A stretch of 64,000 nt of DNA from Planctomycetaceae bacterium (lineage in GTDB: Bacteria > Planctomycetota > Planctomycetia > Planctomycetales > Planctomycetaceae), in NCBI GenBank assembly GCA_034439795.1, contig JAWXBB010000103.1, positions 7,423-71,422 of the forward strand, written 5' to 3'. The translations under genes and the position numbers were made by a program. Below, one piece after another: positions 25,448 through 35,001 of this stretch. Position 1 is the first letter of the stretch, and the number at the start of each line of letters is the position of its first letter. Below the pieces are notes generated by a model. It was given only the letters and a program-made list of their open reading frames with translations. It made no database searches and had not been told where the DNA came from.

Positions 25448-27049
25448 TCACTCCAGAAACCGCCGGACCGCGTTCTCGGTGATCTGGGCGACGCGGTCGT
25501 CGACCGGCAGGCTGCTGCACCAGGAGATGGAGCCGACGGAGAACACGCCGCCGTTGTGCGGTGTGTCGAAATGAATGAGATGGGCGCCGCCGTCGTCGGG
25601 GTTCAGGCCCTTCGCCAGCAACCGGGCATTCTTCGGCGAACTCGGGGAGAGCTTGTCGGTCTCGTGACCGGACGCCCCGCCGGGACAGCGCCTGTGCAGC
25701 GATTTCTCGCCGAACAGATCGCCGTTCTTGAGGCCCGTCCGGTCGAACGCCCAGTGGCTGGCGTCCACCACGCGATAGGGCGCGCCGGTCATCGCGCCGG
25801 GTGGCGTGAAGACCACGCCCAACAGGTTGGCCTCCGATTCGTGCCGCAACGCCATGCGGCTTTCCGCCCCGACTCCTGCGACGTCCAAGCCCGTGATCCG
25901 GCCGTTGTGGACCCACATCGACGAGCCGCGGATTTCCACCTCGCAGTTCAGTCCGTTGCCGCCGAGATACAAGAGCCGCCCGCCGTCCTGGAAGACCCAC
26001 TGTTTGACTCGGTCGTACATCCGCCGGGTCCAGTATTCGGGATGCACGGCGGTGACGAGCGCCCGGTACGCCGACAGATCGAGCGTGCCGTCGTCGAGTT
26101 GCGTTTCGGCATAAAAGTCGTACGGCAGCCCGCGATGTTCGAGCCACCCCAGCAAGCGCCATTCGGCGGGCGCGAGGTGGCAGGCTTGCCGGCCTTGAAT
26201 CGGGTCGGTGATTTTCTCGTCGAAGTCAATGTGGTTGAACGGCTCCGGCCGATCGAAGGAGAGCGGTGCGTACGTCGGGCAGTTCCACGTCAGAAATTCC
26301 TGCTGGTGATAGCGCTTGAGGTCGTACCGCGAATTCACCGTCGGCGTGGGGGGCAGGTCGTCGGCGTGAATGTAGTTGCTCCGTCCGCCGAAATTGTTGT
26401 AGGCGTTCCAGTTGATGTTGCTGCCGAGCACGGCGAGCGGCGCGGTCGGTTGCGCGGGCGCAACGATCCACGGGAAGGCGAACCGCAAGCCCGACGGCGT
26501 CTCCGCGCGGAAGTAATACAGTCCGGATTGTTCGGGAGCCGTCACGAATTGCTTGTGAGTTGGGCTGCTGTAACCGACGCGGTTCCACTCGACGCCGGTT
26601 TGCGTGTAGTCGCCGTCGGGCGTGATCTGCATGGTGGCCCGCGGGCCGTGCTCGTCGTGCCAGCCGAGGCTGCGGACGAGTTCCGGCTGCCAGCCGTAGC
26701 GCCACAGCTCCAGGTGATACTGCTCGACTGCGTGAACCCGGAACTCGCCCAGCTCGCCGCTGCGGACCCACTTCGGCCAGACGTAGCCGCTGAGTCCGTC
26801 GCTGAGGAGCCGGAACTGGTGCGGCTGTACCGTCGGCAACGTCACCTGGCTGCGCTTCGCCCCGTAACCCGGCCGCTGCAACGTGACGACGTAATCGCCG
26901 GCCGGTGCATCGAGATGCACGGCCCCGGTCGCCCTCGATCGGGCCTCCCACGACTCGCCGCGCGCGTTGACGAACTCCAGCGCGACATCGACCAACGCCA
27001 CGTAACGCTCGTCGCTGACATAACCAACCAGCATGGGGAGGAATTCCAA
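25448..27049 (-). CDS. N,N-dimethylformamidase large-subunit-like protein (tentative)
   Basis: 533-aa ORF (TTG at 27049; alternative ATG at 27034). The N-terminal LVGYVSDERYVALVDVALEF beta-sandwich-like region and long C-terminal domain resemble DMFase beta-subunit-family proteins. Family call is from memory only. Confidence 0.5.
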   Translation of the reverse strand: MEFLPMLVGYVSDERYVALVDVALEFVNARGESWEARSRATGAVHLDAPAGDYVVTLQRPGYGAKRSQVTLPTVQPHQFRLLSDGLSGYVWPKWVRSGELGEFRVHAVEQYHLELWRYGWQPELVRSLGWHDEHGPRATMQITPDGDYTQTGVEWNRVGYSSPTHKQFVTAPEQSGLYYFRAETPSGLRFAFPWIVAPAQPTAPLAVLGSNINWNAYNNFGGRSNYIHADDLPPTPTVNSRYDLKRYHQQEFLTWNCPTYAPLSFDRPEPFNHIDFDEKITDPIQGRQACHLAPAEWRLLGWLEHRGLPYDFYAETQLDDGTLDLSAYRALVTAVHPEYWTRRMYDRVKQWVFQDGGRLLYLGGNGLNCEVEIRGSSMWVHNGRITGLDVAGVGAESRMALRHESEANLLGVVFTPPGAMTGAPYRVVDASHWAFDRTGLKNGDLFGEKSLHRRCPGGASGHETDKLSPSSPKNARLLAKGLNPDDGGAHLIHFDTPHNGGVFSVGSISWCSSLPVDDRVAQITENAVRRFLE

Positions 27050-27068
27050 CGGCGGCCTTCTTTACTTC

Positions 27069-27221
27069 GTAGGGTGCAGTCGAGGCTTTGCGAGGCTCAC
27101 CCTCTTGGTAATTCTCAATGTTCAATTTTCAATGACCAAGCAAGAACTCCCTTGGTCATTGAAAATTGGACATTGGTCATCGCAACGGGGTGAGCCTCGC
27201 AAAGCCTCGACTGCACCCTAC
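27069..27221. repeat. 153-bp nested palindrome in a divergent promoter region
   Basis: Perfect 34-nt arms GTAGGGTGCAGTCGAGGCTTTGCGAGGCTCACCC (27069..27102) / its reverse complement (27188..27221). AT-richer inner palindrome CAATTTTCAATGACCAAG ... CTTGGTCATTGAAAATTG. Confidence 0.85.
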
Positions 27222-27343
27222 ATAAGACGGCGAATCGCGGCGTCTTCCTTGATGCCCTTCGCGGGTAGCGTAACAATCACCGTCGCCGCTTAGAAGGTTG
27301 CGAATCGGCGACACAACGAAGTGGGAGCATCGGCCACGTTTTC

Positions 27344-27529
27344 TGTCCCGGAGGGACAGCAGCCATTAGCCGGGGGTTGAGCGACAGCGACACCCCCGGT
27401 TGACGATGGGGCATGGAGCCGACCCCGGAGGGGTCGCAGCGCCGGGAGATGCGGCGACCCCTCCGGGGTCGGCTCGTCTTTCGTCCCAAACCGGGGGTGT
27501 CGCTGGCGCTCAACCCCCGGCTAATGGCT
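27344..27529. repeat. Nested-palindrome element with family-C-like architecture but different arm sequence
   Basis: Arms AGCCATTAGCCGGGGGTTGAGCGACAGCGACACCCCCGGTT / AACCGGGGGTGTCGCTGGCGCTCAACCCCCGGCTAATGGCT. Inner GCCGACCCCGGAGGGGTCGC / GCGACCCCTCCGGGGTCGGC. Confidence 0.8.
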
Positions 27530-27621
27530 ATGAACCCTCTGGGTTCGCAGAGACTGACGAATGACGACTGCATCAGAAGGTTGGCCGCAACCCCGCTTGG
27601 CCCCTCGTGAAGGAACAGATC

Positions 27622-28962
27622 ATGTCCGACGCCGTCCCGGAGCCAGCGGACTTCGACACGGCTCCGCCGACGAACACGCGGTTCGTCGTGCTGGCGGTGT
27701 TGTGCCTCTTGTCGGGCGTGCTGTATCTGGACCGGATCTGCATCTCGCAGGCGCTGCCGGCGATCAAGACGGACCTGGGGCTGTCGAACACCGAGACCAG
27801 TTACGTCCTGATGGCGTTCACGCTGGCTTACGGACTGTTCGAGATTCCGACCGGCCGCTGGGGGGACCGCATCGGCGGCAGAAGGGTGCTCACGCGGATC
27901 TCGTTGTGGTGGTCGGCCTTCACGGCTTTGACCGGAGCCTGCAACGGCCTCGCCAGCCTGATCGCCGTGCGGTTCCTGTTTGGTGCGGGAGAAGCGGGCG
28001 CGTTTCCCAACGTGGCGCGGGTGCTGTCGCGGTGGTTTCCCGACGCCGAACGCGGGCGCGTGCAGGGCGTGTTGCTGGCGGCCTCGCAGGCGGGGGGCGC
28101 GCTCGCGCCGTTTCTGGCGGCGCTGTTGATTCGGACAATCGGCTGGCGGTGGACATTTGCGGCGTTCGGCGGAGTCGGCGCGGTGTGGGCCGCCGGCTTC
28201 TGGTGGTGGTTTCGCGATGACCCGGCGACACACCCGGCGGTCAACGCGGCGGAGGCGAAGCACATCGGCCGGCGCGCGACAGCCGGCAATGTCCATGCGG
28301 CCATTCCCTGGGCCGCCGTCGCTCGCAATCCCAGCGTGTGGTTCCTGAGCGTCATCATGGCGTTCGCCTCGTTCAACAGTTACATCTACTTCTCGTGGTT
28401 TCCCACGTATCTCATGAAGGGCCGCGGCGTCGAACAGACCGAAGCAGGGTTGATGGCGTCGATGGTGCTGGCGTTCTCGGCGCTCGGCACATTCGCCGGC
28501 GGCATGGTCCTCGATCTGATTGTTGCAGGGGGAGGCATCGCACGGCGGCGGCTGATGGGCGGCTGCGCCTTCTTCACCGCCGCCGGGTTGTTGAGCTGTG
28601 CCTTACTCGCCCGCGATCCCTGGCTCGCGGCATTGCTCACCGCGTTGTCGTGCTTCATGACGCAGTCGACGCAGCCCTTGTGGTGGACCTGCACGATCGG
28701 CATCAGTGGCAAGCACGTCGGGGCGCTGTTCGGGCTGATGAACTCCGTCGGCGTGTTCGGCGCGATGAGTTCGCAGTACCTCGTGGGCGCGATTGCCGAC
28801 CGGCTGGGCGAACTCGGTCATTCGGGCCGCACGCAATGGGACCCGATCTTCTACATCAACGTCGGCGTGTTAATCACCGCCGGAATGCTGTGGTCGCTGT
28901 TCCGGTTCGTGCCCGTCGAGCCGCTGGAAGACGCACCGGGAGAGACCGATGCCGATCGTTGA
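27622..28962 (+). CDS. MFS transporter (anion:cation symporter-like)
   Basis: ORF 27607..28962. ATG 27622 is preceded by AAGGA. About 12 hydrophobic helices. MFS motif A is GRWGDRIGGRRVL. Confidence 0.85.
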   Translation: MSDAVPEPADFDTAPPTNTRFVVLAVLCLLSGVLYLDRICISQALPAIKTDLGLSNTETSYVLMAFTLAYGLFEIPTGRWGDRIGGRRVLTRISLWWSAFTALTGACNGLASLIAVRFLFGAGEAGAFPNVARVLSRWFPDAERGRVQGVLLAASQAGGALAPFLAALLIRTIGWRWTFAAFGGVGAVWAAGFWWWFRDDPATHPAVNAAEAKHIGRRATAGNVHAAIPWAAVARNPSVWFLSVIMAFASFNSYIYFSWFPTYLMKGRGVEQTEAGLMASMVLAFSALGTFAGGMVLDLIVAGGGIARRRLMGGCAFFTAAGLLSCALLARDPWLAALLTALSCFMTQSTQPLWWTCTIGISGKHVGALFGLMNSVGVFGAMSSQYLVGAIADRLGELGHSGRTQWDPIFYINVGVLITAGMLWSLFRFVPVEPLEDAPGETDADR

Positions 28963-29797
28963 CGTTCACAGCCATTACTGGCGGTATCCCGAGCACTTTC
29001 AGGACGACTTCCGCCAGCAGGCCCGGCGGGCCAAAGCGGGCGAGGAGCTCGACCTGACCGTGCGCTTCGAGGACTACCAGCGGCAATCGGTCCCGGACGT
29101 GACGACCATCGTCTTCGGCGGCAAAGCCCGGCTGTCGGGGCTGTGGGTCGACGACCGCGACGTGCAGGCCTACGTCGCCGAACATCCCGACACGTTGATC
29201 GGGTTTCTCTCGCTCGATCCCACGCAACCGGATTGGGAGCGGGAACTGGCGGTCGGGCATCAGGAGCTTGGCCTGCGCGGCGTCAAGCTGATGCCGATGT
29301 ACGCCGGCTTCCGTCCCGACGACGAACGGTTGACGCCGCTGTGGCAGTACGCCGAGCGTCATCGGCTCCCGGTGCTGCTCCACACGGGGACGACGTTCAT
29401 TTCGCAGGCCCCGCTGGAGTGCACGCTGCCGCGGCATCTTGACGTGGTCGCCGCGCGCCATCCCGAAGTGCGGATGATTCTCGCGCATCTCGGCCATCCC
29501 TACGAAGGGGAGTGCGTCGCGGTGATCCGCAAACATCCGCACGTCTATGCCGACCTGTCGGCGCTGCACTATCGTCCGTTCCAGTTGTATCACAGCCTGA
29601 TGCTGGTGCAGGAATACGGCGTGTGGGACAAGGTGCTGTTCGGGACCGACTACCCGTTCACCACCGTGCAGGCGACGCTCGACGGTCTCCGCGGCCTCAA
29701 CCGCATGGTCGCCGGCACGGCGTTGCCGATGCTGAACGCCGCCGCCATCGAACGGCTGATCGCCCGCGACAGCCTGCCGCTGCTGGGGTTGGGATAG
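28949..29797 (+). CDS. Amidohydrolase-2 (metal-dependent hydrolase/decarboxylase) family protein
   Basis: MPIVDVHSHYW (HxH metal ligands). Further ligand-like residues at VLLHTGT and ILAHLGHP, plus a late FGTDYPF Asp. Overlaps the MFS gene by 14 nt. GGGAGAG lies upstream of the ATG. Confidence 0.8.
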   Translation: MPIVDVHSHYWRYPEHFQDDFRQQARRAKAGEELDLTVRFEDYQRQSVPDVTTIVFGGKARLSGLWVDDRDVQAYVAEHPDTLIGFLSLDPTQPDWERELAVGHQELGLRGVKLMPMYAGFRPDDERLTPLWQYAERHRLPVLLHTGTTFISQAPLECTLPRHLDVVAARHPEVRMILAHLGHPYEGECVAVIRKHPHVYADLSALHYRPFQLYHSLMLVQEYGVWDKVLFGTDYPFTTVQATLDGLRGLNRMVAGTALPMLNAAAIERLIARDSLPLLGLG

Positions 29798-29806
29798 CGC
29801 AAGAGA

Positions 29807-29828
29807 CCGCGGGATGGCTATCCCGCGG
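29807..29828. repeat. GGGAT-NNCT-ATCCC hairpin family member
   Basis: CCGCGGGAT GGCT ATCCCGCGG, a 9-bp stem, 10 nt after the amidohydrolase stop. Confidence 0.7.
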
Positions 29829-29870
29829 CTTCCTCTCCGGCCGAAAAACACGCTTGTAGGACGATGGTTC

Positions 29871-30058
29871 TTACGCCGAAGGCGTTGTCTCTCAAAGCCC
29901 AGGGTCGCGAGTCTGCGAGCGCACCCTGGGTGGCAATGGATGATGCCCTCCATACCCTGCAAGGGTTTCATCACGGTTTGAGGCCGCCGGTGATGCGACC
30001 CTTTCAGGGTCGATGCGCCTCGCACGACATGTCCTGTGTGATCGAACGCCTTCGGCGT
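29871..30058 (+). repeat. Family A MITE-like element, copy 3 (shorter; right inner arm deleted)
   Basis: Same termini. The right CCAGGGTGCGCTC...GACCCTGGG arm is missing. Lies between the amidohydrolase and enolase-family genes. Confidence 0.85.
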
Positions 30059-30148
30059 ACATGACGTCCGACCAACGTCAGCCAGCAACCGCAACGACCA
30101 TGATAGGGTTTTGAAGCCACTTCTAGTGTTGTTTGCGGTCATCGCCCT

Positions 30149-30207
30149 GCGAAGCGATCGGCCCCCTCACCCTCACCCTCTCCCCCGAAGACGGGGGCGA
30201 GGGGACC
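30149..30207 (+). repeat. REP hairpin unit
   Basis: GCGAAGCGATCGGCCCCCTCACCCTCACCCTCTCCCCCGAAGACGGGGGCGAGGGGACC. Confidence 0.9.
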
Positions 30208-30222
30208 AAGCAGAAAACCAAA

Positions 30223-30246
30223 GCCGCGGGATGACTATCCGGCGGC
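30223..30246. repeat. GGGAT-NNCT-ATCCC hairpin family member
   Basis: GCCGCGGGAT GACT ATCCGGCGGC (one mismatch), just downstream of the enolase-family gene stop on the other strand. Confidence 0.6.
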
Positions 30247-30279
30247 TTCTTCTCCGGCTCTTAGCCCTTAGCCTCTCCC

Positions 30280-31395
30280 TCAATCCACCCGCCAGCGTTT
30301 GAGTTGCTGCTCGTCCAGCGTCACGCCGAGGCCCGGGCCCATCGGGCAGACCGCGGCCGGCGGGCCGAGCTGCAACGGCTCCGTCAGCAGGTCGGCGTCG
30401 TGATACAGCGGGCCGACGAGGTCCGCGGGATAGGTCTCGCTGTCAATCGTCGGCAGCGCGGCGGCGACGTGCAGCATGGCGGCGGTCCCGATGCCCAGTT
30501 CCAGATTGCTGCCGATCGCGCACGACAGCCCCGCGGCCTTGGCGACGTTGGCGATCTCCACCGTCCCCGCGATCCCGCCGTTTTTGCCGGGATAGACGCT
30601 GAGAATGTCCGCCGCTCCCGCCGCACAAACGGCCCACGCATCGGTCAGCGTGAAGACGCTTTCGTCGGCCATGATCGGCATCGGCACCGTGGCCCGCAGT
30701 GCGGCCATCGCCGCGGGATCGTTCGGCGGGATCGGCTGCTCGGCGAGCAGAATGTTCTGATCGGCCAGCCGCTGCAACGTGTGCCTGGCCGTCGTGATGT
30801 TCCAGCCGCAATTGGAATCGATGGTGATCGGCATGTCGGGACCGGCGACGTCGCGGACCGCGCGAACCCGGGCGATGTCTTCCTCCGGGTTGATGCCGGT
30901 CTTCACCTTGAGACACGTGACCCCCATCGCCAGGAATCGTTCGGCCAGTTCGATCGCCGCCGGGATGTCGAACCCGCCGATCACCAGCTTGATCCGCATC
31001 GTGTCGCGCACCGGCCCGCCGAGCAGCCGGCAGACGGGCAGGTTCGCGGCCTTGCCGGCGATGTCCCAGAGGGCCATCTCCAGCGCGGCCTTGGTGAACG
31101 GGTTCTGCTTGATGACCCGGTCCATCCGCGCCCGCAGCCGGGTGATGTCGAGCGGGTTCTTGCCGATCAGCTCGGGGGCCAGGAATTCGCGGATCACGCT
31201 CAGGCACGTCGCGCTCGACTCGCCGCTCCATCGCGGCCCGGAGGTCGCCTCCCCCAGTCCCACCAGCCCTTCGTCGGTGTAGACCCGCACGATGACGTAG
31301 TCCGACGTGGCATGCACGCCGTGCGCCGTCTTCATCGTCCATCCGGCCTTGAGCGGAATGCGAACGGGAATCGCCTCAACGCGTTCAATCTTCAT
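30280..31395 (-). CDS. Enolase-superfamily enzyme (mandelate racemase / muconate lactonizing enzyme family)
   Basis: ORF 30280..31677 trimmed to ATG 31395 (MKIERVEAIPVRIPLK). YTDEGLVGLGEA, CLKVKTG, ITIDSNCGW, LLAEQPI and IMADESV match the K and D/E/D metal-ligand layout. Confidence 0.85.
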   Translation of the reverse strand: MKIERVEAIPVRIPLKAGWTMKTAHGVHATSDYVIVRVYTDEGLVGLGEATSGPRWSGESSATCLSVIREFLAPELIGKNPLDITRLRARMDRVIKQNPFTKAALEMALWDIAGKAANLPVCRLLGGPVRDTMRIKLVIGGFDIPAAIELAERFLAMGVTCLKVKTGINPEEDIARVRAVRDVAGPDMPITIDSNCGWNITTARHTLQRLADQNILLAEQPIPPNDPAAMAALRATVPMPIMADESVFTLTDAWAVCAAGAADILSVYPGKNGGIAGTVEIANVAKAAGLSCAIGSNLELGIGTAAMLHVAAALPTIDSETYPADLVGPLYHDADLLTEPLQLGPPAAVCPMGPGLGVTLDEQQLKRWRVD

Positions 31396-31536
31396 GGGGC
31401 GCGGTTCCGTAAAGGGGCACAGCACGGTCAGGTCCACGTTGCGGCCACTATACTTCACGGGACGGAGAACTTCGATCAGCGAGATGTTCGCACCACAGGG
31501 TCGCGCGTGCGTCTCGGTGCCGGCTGCATTCTTCCT

Positions 31537-31590
31537 CCGGCCCCCTCGCCCCCGCTTCGGGGGAGAGGGCCGGGGTGAGGGGGGAGCGCT
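31537..31590 (-). repeat. REP hairpin unit (inverted)
   Basis: Left member of the inverted pair upstream of the sulfatase gene. Confidence 0.9.
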
Positions 31591-31728
31591 CCCTGCCGTG
31601 TCCAACACCAACCCGAAGCGTGAGCGATGGCGTTCCGGCCCAGTGACCCGGACGCTTGGAGCGTCCGGGTCACTCATCGGAGCGCACGTCCTCGCTCAGG
31701 CCTCGGGTTGGTGTGGAGTCACTGTCCT

Positions 31729-31788
31729 GCGAAGCGCTCGGCCCCCTCACCCTAACCCTCTCCCCCGAAGCGGGGGCGAGGGGACCGG
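31729..31788 (+). repeat. REP hairpin unit
   Basis: Right member of the inverted pair. GCGAAGCGCTCGGCCCCCTCACCCTAACCCTCTCCCCCGAAGCGGGGGCGAGGGGACCGG. Confidence 0.9.
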
Positions 31789-31908
31789 ACAGGACTGCAC
31801 CCGCCATTGCGAGGGTGATTCACAAAGTACGCCGCCGCCACGCCATCCGGTAGGATGTCCCCGCCGTCGATGATGTCCCCACGTTGCCGAAGAAATGAGG
31901 AGCCTGCC

Positions 31909-33360
31909 GTGATCTCGATGCGCTCGCGAACGATGCTGTGTGTCCTCAGTCTGACAATCGCCGTCGTCGCAACCGCCGCCGACGCCAGCCCCCCCAACAT
32001 TCTGTTACTGCTGTCCGACGATCACAGCTATCCGTACCTCGGCTGTTACGGCCACCCCGACGTTCAGACGCCGAACCTCGACCGGCTTGCCGCCGAGGGG
32101 CTGCGTTGCGACCGGATGTTCGTGTGTTGTCCGCAGTGCGTGCCGTCGCGGGCGGGGCTGATGACGGGGCGGTCGCCGGTCGCGGTGCGGATGGTGCGGT
32201 TCACGTCGCCGCTGCCGAGTGATGTCGTCGCGCTCCCCGATCTGTTGCGCGACAAGGGCGGTTACTTCACCGGCGTGGCGGGCCGCAGCTATCACCTCGA
32301 CGGCCCCGCCAGCGGCGGTCAGCGGGCCGCTCCGGAACTCGGCCGCGTGATGGACGAACACAACTTGCGGACGTTCAAGCAGCGCGTGGACTACGTCGAA
32401 CCGGGCAACCGCGGCATGAAGGACTTCGGCGACAAGCTCGCCGCGTTTCTCGACCAGGCACCGCAGGGCAAGCCGTGGTTCTTCTGGCTCGGCTTCTCCG
32501 ATCCGCATCACGTGTGGGAGACCAAAGGCTCGCGCGGCGTGCCCGATCCGGCGAAACTCACGCTCCCCGCGCATCTGCCCGACCTGCCCGGAGTCCGTGG
32601 CGATCTCGCCCGCTATATCGCCGAGGTCGAGCACCTCGACGGCGACGTGCAGTCCGTCCTCGACAGGCTCAGGCAGCGCGGCCTTGCCGACAACACGCTG
32701 GTCGTGTTCATGGGAGACAACGGCATGGCGATGCCGCACGGCAAGGGGTCGCTGCACGATCCCGGCATCAACGTGCCGCTGCTCGTCCGCTGGCCGGGCG
32801 TCGTGCAGCCCGGCCGCACGACGCGCACGCTGATCTCCGGCGAAGACTTCACCCCGACGATGCTGGAAGCGGCCGGCGTCGCGCCCCCGCAATCCATGAG
32901 CGGCGTCAGTTATCTGAAACTGCTCCAGGGGGACGCGGACTTCACCGGCCGGAAATACATCTTCGCCGAGCGCGGCCCGCACGGCGGCGACGGCGGCATG
33001 AAGCCCGACGTGCTGGCGTCCACGTTCGATCTCGCCCGCTGCGTGCGGTCCGACCGCTACAAGCTCATCTACAACTGCACGCCGCACGGCGCGGTCGCCC
33101 CGGTCGACAGCCAGCGCGATCCCGGCTGGCAGGCGATGTTGGCCGCGAACGCCGCCGGCCAGCTCGCCGCCCCGTTCGTCAAAGCCTACTTCACGACGCC
33201 GCGGTCCACCTACGAGTTGTACGATCTGGACGCCGACCCCAGCGAGTTGAACAACCTGTCCGGCGATCCCAAGCACGCCGAACCGCTGCTGGAACTGAAG
33301 CGCGCATTGACCGAGAAGATGGTCCTCGACTGGGATTTTCTGCCGGCGCCGCTGCGGTGA
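31909..33360 (+). CDS. Sulfatase (formylglycine-dependent)
   Basis: ORF 31855..33360. GTG 31909 is preceded by AGGAG (alternative ATG at 31918). Signal peptide. NILLLLSDDHSYPYLGCYG and the C-x-P-x-R FGly motif CVPSRAGLMTGR. Confidence 0.85.
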   Translation: MISMRSRTMLCVLSLTIAVVATAADASPPNILLLLSDDHSYPYLGCYGHPDVQTPNLDRLAAEGLRCDRMFVCCPQCVPSRAGLMTGRSPVAVRMVRFTSPLPSDVVALPDLLRDKGGYFTGVAGRSYHLDGPASGGQRAAPELGRVMDEHNLRTFKQRVDYVEPGNRGMKDFGDKLAAFLDQAPQGKPWFFWLGFSDPHHVWETKGSRGVPDPAKLTLPAHLPDLPGVRGDLARYIAEVEHLDGDVQSVLDRLRQRGLADNTLVVFMGDNGMAMPHGKGSLHDPGINVPLLVRWPGVVQPGRTTRTLISGEDFTPTMLEAAGVAPPQSMSGVSYLKLLQGDADFTGRKYIFAERGPHGGDGGMKPDVLASTFDLARCVRSDRYKLIYNCTPHGAVAPVDSQRDPGWQAMLAANAAGQLAAPFVKAYFTTPRSTYELYDLDADPSELNNLSGDPKHAEPLLELKRALTEKMVLDWDFLPAPLR

Positions 33361-33436
33361 CCGGCTTGCTTAGAAGCAGTTTCAAAACTCAATCTTGGTC
33401 ATTGCGGTTGGTGGCTGAACATTGGTCGGAGATCAA

Positions 33437-33659
33437 TTACGCCGAAGGCGTTCAATCACAAAGCCCAGGGTCGCGAGTCTGCGAAGCGCACCCTGGGGAA
33501 ATGCGTCCGAAGCGCAGCGACCCTGAAAGGGTCGCATCACCGGCGATGCCAAACCCTTATGAAACCCTTTCAGGGTATGGTATTTGACATCGATCACCAC
33601 CCAGGGAGCGCTCGCAGACTCGCGACCCTGGGCTGTGAGGTACAACGCCTTCGGCGTAA
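33437..33659 (-). repeat. Family A MITE-like element, copy 4 (inverted orientation)
   Basis: Same termini, with the central part reverse-complemented relative to copies 1-3. Additional flanking arms CTTAGAAGCAGTTTCAAAAC (33369..) and GTTTTGGAACAGCTTCTTAG (..33688) form an outer inverted repeat. Confidence 0.9.
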
Positions 33660-33693
33660 TGACCATGTGGTTTTGGAACAGCTTCTTAGCGGC

Positions 33694-34647
33694 TCACCGC
33701 TGCACGGTCCCCCGGTCGAGCGTCACCACCCGTTGGATCTGGTCGACCTTCAGCACGTGCTGGATGCGCGTGAACTGCGGCGGATTGGCCTTGAACTTCT
33801 TCCGCGACGCCTCGGAGTGGAACAGGTACAGCTCGCCGTCGAAGTACGCCCCGAACGCAGTGTCGCCGGGGACGGCCCGGTCCGTTTCCCACAACGCGAC
33901 CGGGTCGCAACCCAACAGCCGCGGGGCGTAGCGCTCGGGGTGTTTGCGGAACAGGTTCAGTTCCACTTCGTCGGCGAGGTAGTACGTCAGCCCCTTGAAC
34001 TCCCACGCGTGCTCCGGCTTGCCGAGCGTCCATTCGCGATGCAGGTTCAGCGACACCGGCGAGAAGCCGTCGAGGCCGAGGAGCGGCTTCGGGTCGCCGA
34101 GGACGACCTCCCGTGGCGATTCGGGATTGGCCTCGGCGAACGGGTCGGAGTCTTTTGGCTTCGACTGTTCGACGATCACGGTCTGATTCAACTGATCGAA
34201 CCGCGACCGCGACCGGACCGCCGCCGTCTGGTAGCGGGACAAGTCCTGAAAGCCCTCGGTCTGGCTGAGAACCTTGCCGCTGATCGGATCGAGGATCACA
34301 TCGCACGGCAGGCCATGCACGCCGAACCGAGGGACGAGTCGGGCGGCATCGGCGTTGCCCGCGCTGCCGGCGTCGATCTTCACCGCGACGTAGCGGTCCT
34401 TGAGCAACGCGAGCACCTCCGGCTGGTGAAGCACGTCGCGCTCCATCATCCGGCAGGGGGGGCAATGCTGCCCGTAGAAGTGAATCAGGAGCGGTCGTTT
34501 GGCGGCGATCGCTTCGTTGAGGGCGGCGTCGTAACTCGTCCGCCAGACGTTGTCGGCTGCGCGGAGCGTGCCGGGCGCAATCAGCAGCCAGGCGACGATG
34601 GCCGCCCCGAGGGCACGACGAATACGTTGGATGCCCGGTCGAGCCAT
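33694..34647 (-). CDS. Secreted thioredoxin-fold protein with C-terminal extra domain
   Basis: Signal peptide (LGAAIVAWLLIAPGTLRAA). Thioredoxin-like motif FYGQHCPPCRMME (CxxC). Confidence 0.7.
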   Translation of the reverse strand: MARPGIQRIRRALGAAIVAWLLIAPGTLRAADNVWRTSYDAALNEAIAAKRPLLIHFYGQHCPPCRMMERDVLHQPEVLALLKDRYVAVKIDAGSAGNADAARLVPRFGVHGLPCDVILDPISGKVLSQTEGFQDLSRYQTAAVRSRSRFDQLNQTVIVEQSKPKDSDPFAEANPESPREVVLGDPKPLLGLDGFSPVSLNLHREWTLGKPEHAWEFKGLTYYLADEVELNLFRKHPERYAPRLLGCDPVALWETDRAVPGDTAFGAYFDGELYLFHSEASRKKFKANPPQFTRIQHVLKVDQIQRVVTLDRGTVQR

Positions 34648-34826
34648 GCTGGACGTTCCCCGCGGACTGAGCGGCGCGAGGAGGATTCGTCCGAGGCTGA
34701 TGAAGACGCACCGCCACGTCGCGTCTCGTCAGAGATCGGCCGGCGACCGGCAAGGACTGCGGGATTATCGCCGCCCGCGCTGCAAGCGGGCGAACCGTCA
34801 CAGATGGACGGGGGACCGAAGAGGAT

Positions 34827-34989
34827 CAGAAAACCGCGAAGACGCAAAGGTCGCGAAGGAAGAGTCAGGCAGGAGAAAGACCATGTCCATCAAAGCGAGG
34901 CCGCTGAACATTAGCACCATTCGCCTCATGGCTTCTCAAACCATTCCTTGCCTTTCCTTCGCGTTCTTTGCGCCTTCGTGGTTTTCTTG
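34827..34989. repeat. Palindromic element family D, copy 1
   Basis: Left arm CAGAAAACCGCGAAGACGCAAAGGTCGCGAAGGAAG. Right arm CCTTTCCTTCGCGTTCTTTGCGCCTTCGTGGTTTTCTTG. Confidence 0.75.
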
Positions 34990-35001
34990 ACTTCTTCCCG
35001 C

